DNA from: Candidatus Anoxymicrobiaceae bacterium
Lineage (GTDB): Bacteria > Actinomycetota > Geothermincolia > Fen-727 > Anoxymicrobiaceae
Assembly (NCBI GenBank): GCA_036845225.1
Contig: DAIUEJ010000005.1
Span: 10,808-74,807 of the forward strand
DNA length: 64,000 bases
Direction: 5' to 3'
Shown piece by piece: positions 8,969 through 17,806 of this stretch. Under the pieces are notes generated by a model. The model saw nothing but the letters and a program-made list of their open reading frames with translations, was not told the origin of the DNA and made no database searches. Numbering within the stretch: position 1 is the stretch's first letter; the number at the start of each line of letters is the position of its first letter. Both the position numbers and the translations under genes were made by a program.

Positions 8969-9910
8969 ATGACTACTCAATATCCCATTATAAAACGTTA
9001 TAAAATAAATCCCATTCTCACAAAAGATGATGTCCCCTACCCTGTAGCCACGGTCCACAATGCCGGCATAGTCAGGCATGGCGGCCGCTACATTATGCTG
9101 TTCAGGTCGCACCGTTACAACGGACGCTCCATCATCGGCAGGGCCGACAGCGATGATGGTTTTTCCTTCACTGTCCATCCCAAACCCTTTCTCATACCTG
9201 CAAAGGACAACATGTTTGCAGAATATGAAGAGTTCGGAGTCGAGGACCTGAGAATCTGCCCGGTAGAGGACGACTACCTGCTTACCTACAGCGCGTATTC
9301 CCGTCACGGCGTTCGGACTGCCCTTGCGCGCACCAGAGATTTTGAAAAAGTTGAACGCATTGCGCTTATAACCCAGGCCGACCTTCGCAACGTCGTCATT
9401 TTCCCTGTAAAGTTCGGTGGCAGGTATGCGCGTCTTGACCGGCCACATTCCGAAATTTCACCCTGGTCTATCTGGATTTCCTATTCCCCCGACCTGGTTC
9501 ACTGGGGTGATTCACGGGTGATTATGAAGCCGGTTCCCTATCATTGGGATGGAATGAAAATCGGTCCCGGCGCACCGCCCTTCAAGACCGACAAGGGATG
9601 GCTGCATATTTACCATGGGGTCTTTATGACCATGGCTGGGGCGGTATATCGCCTTGGTGCGGCCCTGCATGACCTTAATGATCCGGCAGAAATCATCGGG
9701 GTTTCCGATCAGTGGATACTGCAGCCCGAGGATCCCTGGGAGGTAAGCGGCTATGTGCCCAATGTTGTTTTTAGCTGCGGCGCTGTTCCTGAAGACGACG
9801 GTACGGTAAAAATATACTGGGGCGGTGCTGATACGGTTATGTGTGCCGGTACGGCAGTGATTGATGACCTTGTACAATTATGTCTTACAAATACCAGGCC
9901 GGCGCTGTAA
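8969..9910 (+). CDS. GH130 family glycoside hydrolase / beta-mannoside phosphorylase-like
   Basis: 313 aa with a GH130 five-bladed propeller profile (ATVHNAGIV, LLTYSAYS, KGWLHIYHGV, NVVFSCGAV...IYWGGADTVMCAGTA). Confidence 0.8.
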   Translation: MTTQYPIIKRYKINPILTKDDVPYPVATVHNAGIVRHGGRYIMLFRSHRYNGRSIIGRADSDDGFSFTVHPKPFLIPAKDNMFAEYEEFGVEDLRICPVEDDYLLTYSAYSRHGVRTALARTRDFEKVERIALITQADLRNVVIFPVKFGGRYARLDRPHSEISPWSIWISYSPDLVHWGDSRVIMKPVPYHWDGMKIGPGAPPFKTDKGWLHIYHGVFMTMAGAVYRLGAALHDLNDPAEIIGVSDQWILQPEDPWEVSGYVPNVVFSCGAVPEDDGTVKIYWGGADTVMCAGTAVIDDLVQLCLTNTRPAL

Positions 9911-10283
9911 AAAAGGTTAAGAGGACCTTGCCAAGAGCAACCTTCTTGGCGTACTCGCTCCGCTCCCTCTCGAGCTCGTCAGGCCCGAGGAGCGTCATGC
10001 ACCAGGCACCCTCGCGATCGGAGCCATCACAAGCAGCGTTGTCGCAACGATCGCGATCGCATAGTGTGCATTCTCACGTAACTGAACACTGATTCTCATC
10101 TTGCTTGAGCACTTCCGGAATTAGAGGATTCGAACCCTCTCCTGTCGTTTTACCCCGATCAATCACTTCGAGGCCAAGACCCTTGTTGCATTTCGATCTC
10201 ATGCTGAAAGAGCCCAGCGGTAAGGCATAACGCTGGACTAGATTGCGCATCCAGTCTTGAAAGTGAATATCGACTGGGGCTCC

Positions 10284-10334
10284 CCCCGGCCCCCCTGAGT
10301 CGAGGGTTCGAATCCCTCCAGCTCCACCACCAAA
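10284..10334 (+). repeat. Partial, inverted copy of the tRNA-Ala 3' half (acceptor/T-arm plus CCA plus 4 nt), forming a 39-bp perfect inverted repeat with the adjacent tRNA-Ala gene
   Basis: 10296-10334 gagtcgagggttcgaatccctccagctccaccaccaaat is the exact reverse complement of 10363-10400. The upstream ggggctcc mimics a tRNA 5' end, but no D-arm or anticodon arm is present. Confidence 0.55.
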
Positions 10335-10365
10335 TATGAAGGGTGGTCAGGAAGAGTGAAGGATT

Positions 10366-10443
10366 TGGTGGTGGAGCTGGAGGGATTCGAACCCTCGACT
10401 TCTACCCTGCCAAGGTAGCGCTCTCCCCCTGAGCTACAGCCCC
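10366..10443 (-). tRNA. tRNA-Ala (anticodon GGC), G3:U70 present, CCA encoded
   Basis: Minus strand reads GGGGCUGUAGCUCAGGGGGAGAGCGCUACCUUGGCAGGGUAGAAGUCGAGGGUUCGAAUCCCUCCAGCUCCACCA. Clean cloverleaf with anticodon loop UUGGCAG. Confidence 0.85.
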
Positions 10444-10494
10444 ACACGGGTGCAAAAGATGCGAGTGTAATGATAACCGTACCTCAGGAGCCGC

Positions 10495-10896
10495 TCAAGA
10501 GCGCCCGGCGGCGCCCGGCTCGCCGGCGTGCTCGTCCCACTCGACTATCGGAACATTGCCCCAGAGGCGCTCGAGGTTGTAGAACTCGCGGTCTTCGTCG
10601 AGGAATATGTGGACGACCACGTCGATATAGTCAAGGAGGATCCAGCGACCGAAGCGTACCCCTTCTCGGCGGACCGGCTTCACTCCGCTCTCCCTCAGCT
10701 CCTCCTCCACCGCGTCCTGAAGTCGCTTGACCTGTCGCTCGTTCCGGCCGCTCGCGATGACGAAGTAGTCCGTGAGCCCGAGCGTATCCCTCATGTCCAT
10801 GATGCGGACGTCGGTTGCTTTCTTGTCGTCTGCCGCCCTCGCGGCAGCGATTGCCAACTGCTCAGCTGTCAGCAACTGATCTGCTCCAGCCTTCAA
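10495..10896 (-). CDS. rsfS: Ribosomal silencing factor RsfS (Iojap family)
   Basis: 133 aa; DYFVIASGRNERQVKRL...WILLDYIDVVVHIF is the RsfS signature. Confidence 0.85.
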   Translation of the reverse strand: MKAGADQLLTAEQLAIAAARAADDKKATDVRIMDMRDTLGLTDYFVIASGRNERQVKRLQDAVEEELRESGVKPVRREGVRFGRWILLDYIDVVVHIFLDEDREFYNLERLWGNVPIVEWDEHAGEPGAAGRS

Positions 10897-10950
10897 ACTC
10901 CCTCGCTTACCGTACCGTGCAAGAAAAAGGTTTGACCCCTATTTTGCAGG

Positions 10951-12261
10951 CTATTTGCTCGCATAGTCTTTCCCGACTATCACGCTGATGTCCGAAAGGG
11001 TCTGGGACTGCGGGTGCGCCTCCAGCTTGCCGACCTCCAGCTCGTTGCGCAGCTCCTGCGCGGCCGCCGTAATGGTCTTGTCGTCGCTGTAGACGATTAT
11101 CAGCGTCTCGGCGTGGTCGAAGTTGTCGGCGTTTGAGGAGTTCACTATCTGGTAGCGCGCCATGTCGATGTCGGCGGCGACCCTCTCCCCTATCCCCGGG
11201 ACTCCGCACCCGTTGAGCACTTCGATCTTCACGCGCTTCGACGAGGGCAGGCTCGAGGACGACTTCAGGTAGGACCTGACGAAAGCTGGAAGCGACTCCT
11301 GGTTCACCCTGTGCACGATCGTCTTCTCGAACCGGAACTCTTTGACCGGGACAATGGCGACCTGCAGGCTCTTTCCGCCGAGGGAGGTGAACGCTTTCGC
11401 GATGCCGGCCAGCTCCTTGTTGGAGGCGTCCGTGTCGAAGAGGTTGCCGTTCTTCGCGACGAACTTGTCGATATCGGTGCCTTTGAGGAGGGCAAGCGCC
11501 TCAGGCGTAAACGCGGCCTGCCGCTTCGCGAGGTCAAGCTCTTTTCCTGATGGAGCATAGGTCATGTAAGAGGCCAGGACGCTCGAAGCCAGGTTCTGCT
11601 TGCCCGCTTTCAGGTCGACGTTGACCCCCAGGCTCGGATCCTTGAACGATATCTTCGATATCCCTGCCACGGGGAAATTGGTGCCGAGCTGATTGAGGAT
11701 GATCCGGACGTCCCGATCGGAGGCGAGGACATACCTGTCCACCTGCGTTCCCAGCATGTTCTCGACGGTCACGAGCGTGCTGCTTATCCTGCCCCCGTCG
11801 AGCTCCACCAGGTTTGACATCTCGTCCGTACCCATGCCCGGGGTGGCCACCAGCAGGTCGGTCGGGAATAAGATCAGGCTGCCTGTCTTTGTCTGCCCGT
11901 CGTAGGACGCGAGGACACACGTGGTCAGGACTGTCGCGCCGTTCTGTTGTTTAGTGACGCCGATGAGGTAGTTGGCGGTCTTCTTGCCTTCCGGAAGGAA
12001 ATCGGAGGCAATCACTTTCTTGGAGGACTTGAACGGCCAGGCGTGCTTGCCGAGCCACGAGAACCCGTGCGTGGTCTTGGTCCACGCCTTGTCGAACGGG
12101 TAGACCTTTACCACGGCGCCCAGCAAGACGAATATCGCGATAAGCACCGCGAGGACCACCAGCCACTTCCAGAGCTTTTTCTTCTTCTTCTTGCTGTCGA
12201 GCCGTTTCCTGGTTCGATATCCTACGTATTCTGCCACGCTCTCCACTTCCCGCCGGGGCAC
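10951..12261 (-). CDS. LCP family protein (LytR-CpsA-Psr) with C-terminal LytR_C domain
   Basis: 436 aa with an N-terminal lysine-rich stretch and TM segment followed by an LCP domain. It sits between nadD and rsfS, as in actinobacterial genomes. Confidence 0.7.
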   Translation of the reverse strand: MPRREVESVAEYVGYRTRKRLDSKKKKKKLWKWLVVLAVLIAIFVLLGAVVKVYPFDKAWTKTTHGFSWLGKHAWPFKSSKKVIASDFLPEGKKTANYLIGVTKQQNGATVLTTCVLASYDGQTKTGSLILFPTDLLVATPGMGTDEMSNLVELDGGRISSTLVTVENMLGTQVDRYVLASDRDVRIILNQLGTNFPVAGISKISFKDPSLGVNVDLKAGKQNLASSVLASYMTYAPSGKELDLAKRQAAFTPEALALLKGTDIDKFVAKNGNLFDTDASNKELAGIAKAFTSLGGKSLQVAIVPVKEFRFEKTIVHRVNQESLPAFVRSYLKSSSSLPSSKRVKIEVLNGCGVPGIGERVAADIDMARYQIVNSSNADNFDHAETLIIVYSDDKTITAAAQELRNELEVGKLEAHPQSQTLSDISVIVGKDYASK

Positions 12262-12284
12262 CCGGCGTTGAACTCAATATATTC

Positions 12285-12920
12285 TTATTCGGAAGGCCGC
12301 TGTTCACCTTTCAGGTAGAGGCCTTTCGCCTTTATGTACTCCCACACCGCGTCTCGGACCAGGTACCTGAACGGCCGCCCTTCCGTGGCGCGCGCCCGTA
12401 TGTCCGTCGAGCTTATCGCGAGAGCGGGTATCTCCATGCTATAGACGCTTTCAAGGGCGATCTCGCCCCCGCTGTTGCGCTCCGGAAGAGCCTCGCGCAG
12501 CGTCTCGAGTGGAAAGCCGGGGCGCGTCGCCGCGATGAACTTCGCCTCGGCGAGCAGCTCGGCCGGGTCCTTCCAGGTGAGTATCTCGAGGATGGCGTCG
12601 GCACCGGTTATAAAGAACAGCTCGGCGCCGAGTCCGTGTATCCTGTGGAGCTCCCGGAGGGTATCGACCGTGTAGGAGAGGCCCTCGCGGCCGAGCTCCA
12701 TGTCTGAAACCTCGAGGAACGGGTTGCGGCTGATGGCGAGCTCGACCATCCGCAGCCTGTCGGAGGCCGGGCTGTGCGGACTGTCTGTCTTGTGAGGGGG
12801 CCTCGCGGACGGGATGAAGATGACCTTGTCGAGTTCGAACTGGCAGCGCGCCTCTTCCGCCGTGACGAGGTGGCCTATGTGAATGGGGTCGAACGTCCCC
12901 CCCATTACGCCGATCCTCAA
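12285..12920 (-). CDS. nadD: Nicotinate-nucleotide adenylyltransferase
   Basis: MRIGVMGGTFDPIHIGHL... is the (H/T)xGH nucleotidyltransferase motif; 211 aa. Confidence 0.9.
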   Translation of the reverse strand: MRIGVMGGTFDPIHIGHLVTAEEARCQFELDKVIFIPSARPPHKTDSPHSPASDRLRMVELAISRNPFLEVSDMELGREGLSYTVDTLRELHRIHGLGAELFFITGADAILEILTWKDPAELLAEAKFIAATRPGFPLETLREALPERNSGGEIALESVYSMEIPALAISSTDIRARATEGRPFRYLVRDAVWEYIKAKGLYLKGEQRPSE

Positions 12921-15343
12921 GTAGGTTCACCTTCCCGCTCGCGCCCTCTAATCGAGGCGCCGAGCTCGCCGACGAGAGCGGCGATTATCTTGTCCATCTC
13001 CGCGTGGGCCTCGTCGTCGGTGAGCGTGCCCTCCGCCGAGCCGAACTCAAGCGCGTAAGCGAGGCTCTTCTTGCCCTCACCTATCTGGGGGCCGCGGTAG
13101 AGGTCGAACAGCCGGACGTACATGAGAAGCGCGCCGCCGCTCTTCCGGATCACGTCCTCGATCGACCGCGCCTGCACTGCCTCGTCCACGATGACGGCGA
13201 TGTCGACCTTCACGTTCGGGAAGCGGCCGACCGGGCTGAACACGCGAGCAAGCGCGCTGTCCAGCAGCGGGTCCGCCTCGACTTCCGCGATGAATACGTC
13301 CTCCTCGAGGCCGAAGCCCGTGGCGACCCTCGGGTGGACCTGTCCCAGATAACCTATCACCTCACCGCCGAGTGTAAGACGCGACGCCCTCCCCGGTGCG
13401 AGGAACGGCTCACCGCCTGTCTCGAACTCGAGCCCCCTGACCCCCAGGGCGGCTGCGACGTTCTCGAGCATCCCTTTCAGGTCAAAGAGGTCGGACGGCC
13501 TCGGCCCTTGCGACCACTCCGGGGGCACAATGTCCCCGTAAAGGAGCATCGCCACCGTCTCGACCTCCCGGGGAAGCTTTTCATCGCCATCCGCGATGAA
13601 TGCCCGTCCCAGCTCGAACAGCGAAAGGTCCTTGTTTCCCCTGTTGATGTTCCCGGCCGCGACGCGAAGCATTCCCGGGGCCAGCGTGGTCCTCATGGCG
13701 TCACCGGTCTCGACCAGCGGGTTCATCAGCGTGATCATGTTCCGTCGCCTGTCGTCGGCGGCGATCTCCATGAGATCGAGGTCGTCGGGCCTCATAAAGC
13801 TGTAGGTGATCACCTGGGAGGCGCCCTGCGCGACGAGCTCTTTCCGGAGGGCCGCTTCACGCAATTGCCTGAGCGTCAGGCCGGCGTCGAAGCCTCCCCC
13901 ACGAGGGACCGTGCCTTCAATCCTGTCGTATCCGTAGATGCGGGCGACCTCCTCCACGAGGTCGATCTCCCTCACCAGGTCGCGCCGGTAGGTCGGGACC
14001 GTCACCGACAGGGTCTCCCCCTCCTCTACCTCGGCACCGAGCGCTTTGAGTATCCCGGCCATGGTCTCCCGAGGCACGTCAGTGCCCAGAAGCAAGTTGG
14101 CGCGGTCCGGCCGCAGCGGGACTGTCGGGCCGACGATCTCGCGGGGATAAGCGTCGATGACTCCGCGTGCAACCTGTCCCCCGGCGAGCTCGTTCATGAG
14201 CCTCGCGGCCCGCGCCGCGGCGAACGCCGTCCCTCCGGGGTCCACACCCCGCTCGAAACGGGCCGAAGCTTCCGTGCGAACGTCAAGGCGCCTCGAGGTC
14301 AGCAGGATTGAGGTGGGGTCGAAGTGGGCGGACTCGATGAGGATGTTGACACTGCGGTCGGTGACCTCGGAATCCTCTCCGCCTATGATGCCCGCGATCG
14401 CGACCGGCTCATCCGCGTCTGCGATCACCAGCGCGTTCTCGTCGAGTTGCCGTTCCATGTCGTCCAGGGTCGTCAGCGGCTCACCCGGGGTGGCACGCCT
14501 CACGACAATAGTGTTTTTCGAGAGGTTGTCGAGGTCGAAGGCGTGCAGCGGCTGGCCGAGCTCCAGCAGCACGTAGTTGGTCACGTCGACGATGTTGCTG
14601 ATCGGCCTCATCCCGGCGGCGGTGAGCCGCCTCTGCATCCACGCCGGTGACGGCGCGGCCTTCACCCCCAGCACAGCCCTCGCCGTATACCGGGGACACC
14701 CCTCGGGGTCCTCGAGTATCACCCTGGCGAGGCCGTCAATATCCGGTCCGCTCTCGTCCAGGTCGACCGGCGGGAGCTTGAGGGGCGCCCCACTGATTGC
14801 GGAGACCTCGCGCGCGATGCCGACCACGCACATGCAGTCGGGCCTGTTGGGGGTGATCTCGAGCTCGAGGACGATGTCCTCCAGCGGCAGGACCTCGTGG
14901 ACGTCGACGCCGACCTGCGCCTCAGGCGGCAGCTCGATGATGGCGGTGTGGTCGTCGCTCAGCCCCAGCTCGTCGGGTGCCAGCAGCATGCCCGAGCTCT
15001 CGACGCCGCGTATCCGGGCCTTCTTGAGCGGCTTGTCCGTGACCGCGGGAAGCAGGGCGCCAACCCGCGCGAACGGGCTCTTCATGCCGGCCCGGAGGTT
15101 GGGAGCGCCGCAGACTACCTCGGTGACCTCTTCCCCGTCGTCGACGACCGCGAGCATCAGGCTATCCGCGCCGGGGTGTGGTTTCACTTCTTTTACCTCG
15201 CCCACTACCACACCACTCACGCCGCCGCCGAGGGTCAGCGTGCGCTCCACCTCGAGCCCCGCCATGGACAGGGCGAGCGCGAGCTCTTCCAGCGTCATCT
15301 CGATGTCTACATATTCTTTAAGCCACTCGAGAGAGACTCTCAA
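12917..15343 (-). CDS. pheT: Phenylalanine--tRNA ligase beta subunit
   Basis: 808 aa: MRVSLEWLKEYVDIE... with tRNA-binding, B3/4, B5 and FDX-ACB regions. Confidence 0.9.
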   Translation of the reverse strand: MRVSLEWLKEYVDIEMTLEELALALSMAGLEVERTLTLGGGVSGVVVGEVKEVKPHPGADSLMLAVVDDGEEVTEVVCGAPNLRAGMKSPFARVGALLPAVTDKPLKKARIRGVESSGMLLAPDELGLSDDHTAIIELPPEAQVGVDVHEVLPLEDIVLELEITPNRPDCMCVVGIAREVSAISGAPLKLPPVDLDESGPDIDGLARVILEDPEGCPRYTARAVLGVKAAPSPAWMQRRLTAAGMRPISNIVDVTNYVLLELGQPLHAFDLDNLSKNTIVVRRATPGEPLTTLDDMERQLDENALVIADADEPVAIAGIIGGEDSEVTDRSVNILIESAHFDPTSILLTSRRLDVRTEASARFERGVDPGGTAFAAARAARLMNELAGGQVARGVIDAYPREIVGPTVPLRPDRANLLLGTDVPRETMAGILKALGAEVEEGETLSVTVPTYRRDLVREIDLVEEVARIYGYDRIEGTVPRGGGFDAGLTLRQLREAALRKELVAQGASQVITYSFMRPDDLDLMEIAADDRRRNMITLMNPLVETGDAMRTTLAPGMLRVAAGNINRGNKDLSLFELGRAFIADGDEKLPREVETVAMLLYGDIVPPEWSQGPRPSDLFDLKGMLENVAAALGVRGLEFETGGEPFLAPGRASRLTLGGEVIGYLGQVHPRVATGFGLEEDVFIAEVEADPLLDSALARVFSPVGRFPNVKVDIAVIVDEAVQARSIEDVIRKSGGALLMYVRLFDLYRGPQIGEGKKSLAYALEFGSAEGTLTDDEAHAEMDKIIAALVGELGASIRGREREGEPT

Positions 15344-15352
15344 AGTCGCACC

Positions 15353-16441
15353 TCAGAACTGTCTCAGGAAACGCATGTCGTTCTCGTAGAAGACGCGCAT
15401 GTCGTCCACCCCGTACTTGAGCATCGCCAGCCTCTCTATCCCGGCGCCGAACGCGAAACCGCTGTACTCCTCGGGGTCGTAGCCGACGTAGGCGAACACC
15501 TCCGGGTCGATCATCCCGCAACCGAGTATCTCCAGCCAGCCGACCCCCTTGCATATGCCGCACCCGGCTCCGTCGCAGCCGAAGCAGGAGACGTCGAACT
15601 CCGCGCTCGGCTCGGTGAACGGGAAGAAGTGCGGACGGAAGCGCACGGCCCTCTGTGCGCCGAACATCTTCTTCACGAACACCTCCAGGGTGCCCTTGAG
15701 GTCCCCCATCGTTATGTCGCGCGCCACGGCGAAACCTTCGATCTGGTGGAAGACGGGCGAGTGGGTCGCGTCGACCTCGTCCTTGCGATATGCCTTGCCG
15801 GGGCTCACCACGTAGAGCGGCGGCTTCTCGGACTCCATCACCCGTATCTGAACGGGCGAGGTGTGCGTCCTCAGCAGGACGTCATCCGGGCTCTCACGGA
15901 TTGGGTCCTTCCTGCTGACATAAAGAGTGTCGTGGAGCGACCGGGCGGGGTGGTAGGCCGGCTGGTTGAGCGCCTCGAAGTTGTAGTAGTCGAGCTCGAC
16001 CTCGGGGCCCGAGACCACCTTGTAGCCGAGGCTGATGAAGATGCTCGTCGCCTCTTCGACGACCTGGCTCAGAAGGTGCTCGTGGCCCAAAGCGGGCCTG
16101 CGTCCAGGCAGCGTCACGTCGACGGCCTCGCGCAGGAAGCGCTGCTCCGTCTCGGCGGCCTTCAGGCTTGCGGCCTTCTCGCTCAGTCCGGCCTCGACGG
16201 CAATGCGCAGGATGTTGCCTATCTGGCCGACCACGCGCTTCTCCTCAGGGGGAAGCGCTCCAAGCCCCTTGAAGACCGCGGTGACAGATCCTTTCTTGCC
16301 GAGAAGGCCCACCCGCGCGCTCTCCAGTTCGTCCGGCGTGTTCGAGGCTTCGATCGCCGCCATCGCCTCGTCGGCGAGGGCCGCGAGCTCGGGCCTGCCG
16401 GCCGTCAATTCTTTGAGTTTCCTGCTTGCGTCTTCAGTCAT
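15353..16441 (-). CDS. pheS: Phenylalanine--tRNA ligase alpha subunit
   Basis: 362 aa; class II aaRS motifs (FRPHFFPFTEPSAEFDV, GAGIERLAML). Confidence 0.9.
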   Translation of the reverse strand: MTEDASRKLKELTAGRPELAALADEAMAAIEASNTPDELESARVGLLGKKGSVTAVFKGLGALPPEEKRVVGQIGNILRIAVEAGLSEKAASLKAAETEQRFLREAVDVTLPGRRPALGHEHLLSQVVEEATSIFISLGYKVVSGPEVELDYYNFEALNQPAYHPARSLHDTLYVSRKDPIRESPDDVLLRTHTSPVQIRVMESEKPPLYVVSPGKAYRKDEVDATHSPVFHQIEGFAVARDITMGDLKGTLEVFVKKMFGAQRAVRFRPHFFPFTEPSAEFDVSCFGCDGAGCGICKGVGWLEILGCGMIDPEVFAYVGYDPEEYSGFAFGAGIERLAMLKYGVDDMRVFYENDMRFLRQF

Positions 16442-16448
16442 TACCCCT

Positions 16449-16487
16449 CACCCTGCCCTCTCCCCCAAGGGGAGAGGGTGACAAGCA
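16449..16487 (-). promoter_or_regulatory. Strong hairpin (10-bp G/C stem ccctctcccc/ggggagaggg) between rlmB-like 3' end and pheS start; its 3' arm overlaps the pheS Shine-Dalgarno sequence
   Basis: Direct reading: tcaccctgccctctcccccaaggggagagggtga, located 7 nt upstream of the pheS ATG. Confidence 0.5.
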
Positions 16488-17288
16488 TCACACACATTCT
16501 CCGCGCCTCTGCCTCAGCGCCTCAAAGAGGACGACCGCCGCGGCTGAAGCCACGTTGAGCGACTCGGCCTTTCCCGGCATGTGGATATAGACCGTGCCGT
16601 CCAGGATGGGGCGGTCGACATCGGTGATCCCGAACGCCTCGTTTCCGACGACGAGCGCCACAGGCCCCGTCAGGTCCTCGTCCAGGTAACAGCGGTCGCC
16701 CCTGGGGTCGAGGCCGAGCATCCTCACGCGGTCGCCGACGTCCTGGCTGAGCCTCAGCACCTCGACGTCCTTCACCGACGTCACGTGGAAATGAGACCCG
16801 GCCGCGGAGCGGACGACCTTGGGGTTGTACAGGTCCACGCACCCTGTCGTCATCACAAATCCATCAACTCCGGAGGCATCGGCGATGCGCAGGAGCGCCC
16901 CGAGGTTGCCCGGGTCCCTGACCTGGTCCGCGACCAGCAGCATGGATAGCTCAGAAGACACCAGCTCCTCGTAGCTCGAGTCCAGCTGGTCTACGATGCC
17001 CACGATGCCCTGCGAGGTGACCACGTCGGATATCCAGTCCATCAACTGCTGGCTGATCTCGTGGGCGGGGACCGGCTCATCGAGCCGGGACCTTATGTAC
17101 GCGGCCTCTTCCGCCCTGGCATTGACGTAGGCGAGTTCCTTGAGCGTCGCACCGGCGTCAAGGCCTTCCTGTATCAGGTTGAGGCCCTCCACCATGAACA
17201 AGCCGTACTTGTCTCGGTGGCTGCGTCGTCCCAGCTTTCGGAAGCGCTTGACCACCTCGTGGTTTCGGCTCGTGATTGGACTCAGCAT
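16488..17288 (-). CDS. TrmH/SpoU family RNA 2'-O-methyltransferase (RlmB-like)
   Basis: 266 aa with a SPOUT methylase C-terminal domain (LVVGNEAFGI...ESLNVASAAAVVLFE). Confidence 0.8.
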   Translation of the reverse strand: MLSPITSRNHEVVKRFRKLGRRSHRDKYGLFMVEGLNLIQEGLDAGATLKELAYVNARAEEAAYIRSRLDEPVPAHEISQQLMDWISDVVTSQGIVGIVDQLDSSYEELVSSELSMLLVADQVRDPGNLGALLRIADASGVDGFVMTTGCVDLYNPKVVRSAAGSHFHVTSVKDVEVLRLSQDVGDRVRMLGLDPRGDRCYLDEDLTGPVALVVGNEAFGITDVDRPILDGTVYIHMPGKAESLNVASAAAVVLFEALRQRRGECV

Positions 17289-17315
17289 GACCGGCTTTCT
17301 GGGTTCTTTGCCCGC

Positions 17316-17759
17316 CTAGTCGCCTGCGCTCTCCGCGGCGGCCTTGCCAATTGTCGCCTTGCTGGCGGCTTTGCCCGCGGACTCCACCGCGTCAGGGATC
17401 TTGGCGGGGCTGCCGCCGGCCGCTACTTCGACGAGCCGCCCGAAGGTCTCGGGGTCGTTGATGGCGATGTCGGACAGGATCTTGCGGTCCACCTCGACGC
17501 CCGCGCTCTTGAGCCCGCTGATGAACTTGCTGTAAGACATGCCGTGCTCTCGCGCGGCGGCGTTTATCCTGCTTATCCAGAGCTTGCGGAAATCTCCCTT
17601 GCGGGCGCGGCGGTCCCTGTAGGCATACTGCAGAGAGTGCATCACCTGCTCGTTCGCGGGCCTGTAGCACTTGCTCTTCGGGCCGCGGTACCCGCGTGCC
17701 ATCTTGAGCACTTTTTTCCTGCGCTGCCGTGTCGCTACGGTGTTCTTGGTTTTTGGCAT
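17316..17759 (-). CDS. rplT: 50S ribosomal protein L20, with ~30-aa Ala/Lys-rich C-terminal extension
   Basis: [26 protein letters not shown]... is canonical L20; the extension is ...[35 protein letters not shown]. Confidence 0.9.
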   Translation of the reverse strand: MPKTKNTVATRQRRKKVLKMARGYRGPKSKCYRPANEQVMHSLQYAYRDRRARKGDFRKLWISRINAAAREHGMSYSKFISGLKSAGVEVDRKILSDIAINDPETFGRLVEVAAGGSPAKIPDAVESAGKAASKATIGKAAAESAGD

Positions 17760-17806
17760 GATAACCGACCCTCTCCTGGGGGAACGTTCATTACTTTACA
17801 GCCGGG

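Noticed and set aside
8280-9448. Minus-strand ORFs (8280-8963, 8918-9448) inside the low-GC island
   Set aside because: They are antisense to the GT4 and GH130 genes and have no motifs; the plus-strand genes have clear family signatures.
9880-10092. 70-aa plus ORF and a 37-aa minus ORF (MTLLGPDELERERSEYAKKVALGKVLL...) at the island/tRNA junction
   Set aside because: Too short, with no SD or motif support. They may be remnants of a gene disrupted by island insertion but cannot be supported.
10111-10200. Possible second tRNA on the minus strand (T-loop-like GGTTCGAATCC)
   Set aside because: T-stem would need an 8-nt loop or mismatches, and no complementary acceptor or D-arm could be found; reported only as a tRNA-like remnant.
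10200-10334. tmRNA (ssrA), because of the ...CCAGCUCCACCA 3' end and GGGGCU 5'-like sequence
   Set aside because: The GGGGCU lies only ~45 nt from the CCA. There is no tag-peptide reading frame, pseudoknot region or 5' GGGGCUGAUUCUGGAUUCGACGGG-like domain, and a permuted arrangement could not be reconciled either.
12774-16558. Long plus-strand ORFs (13004-14311, 14577-15389, 14897-16558 and others) antisense to pheT/pheS
   Set aside because: They lie opposite strongly supported conserved genes. Their Arg/Ala/Pro-rich low-complexity translations are typical of spurious open frames in ~68% GC DNA.
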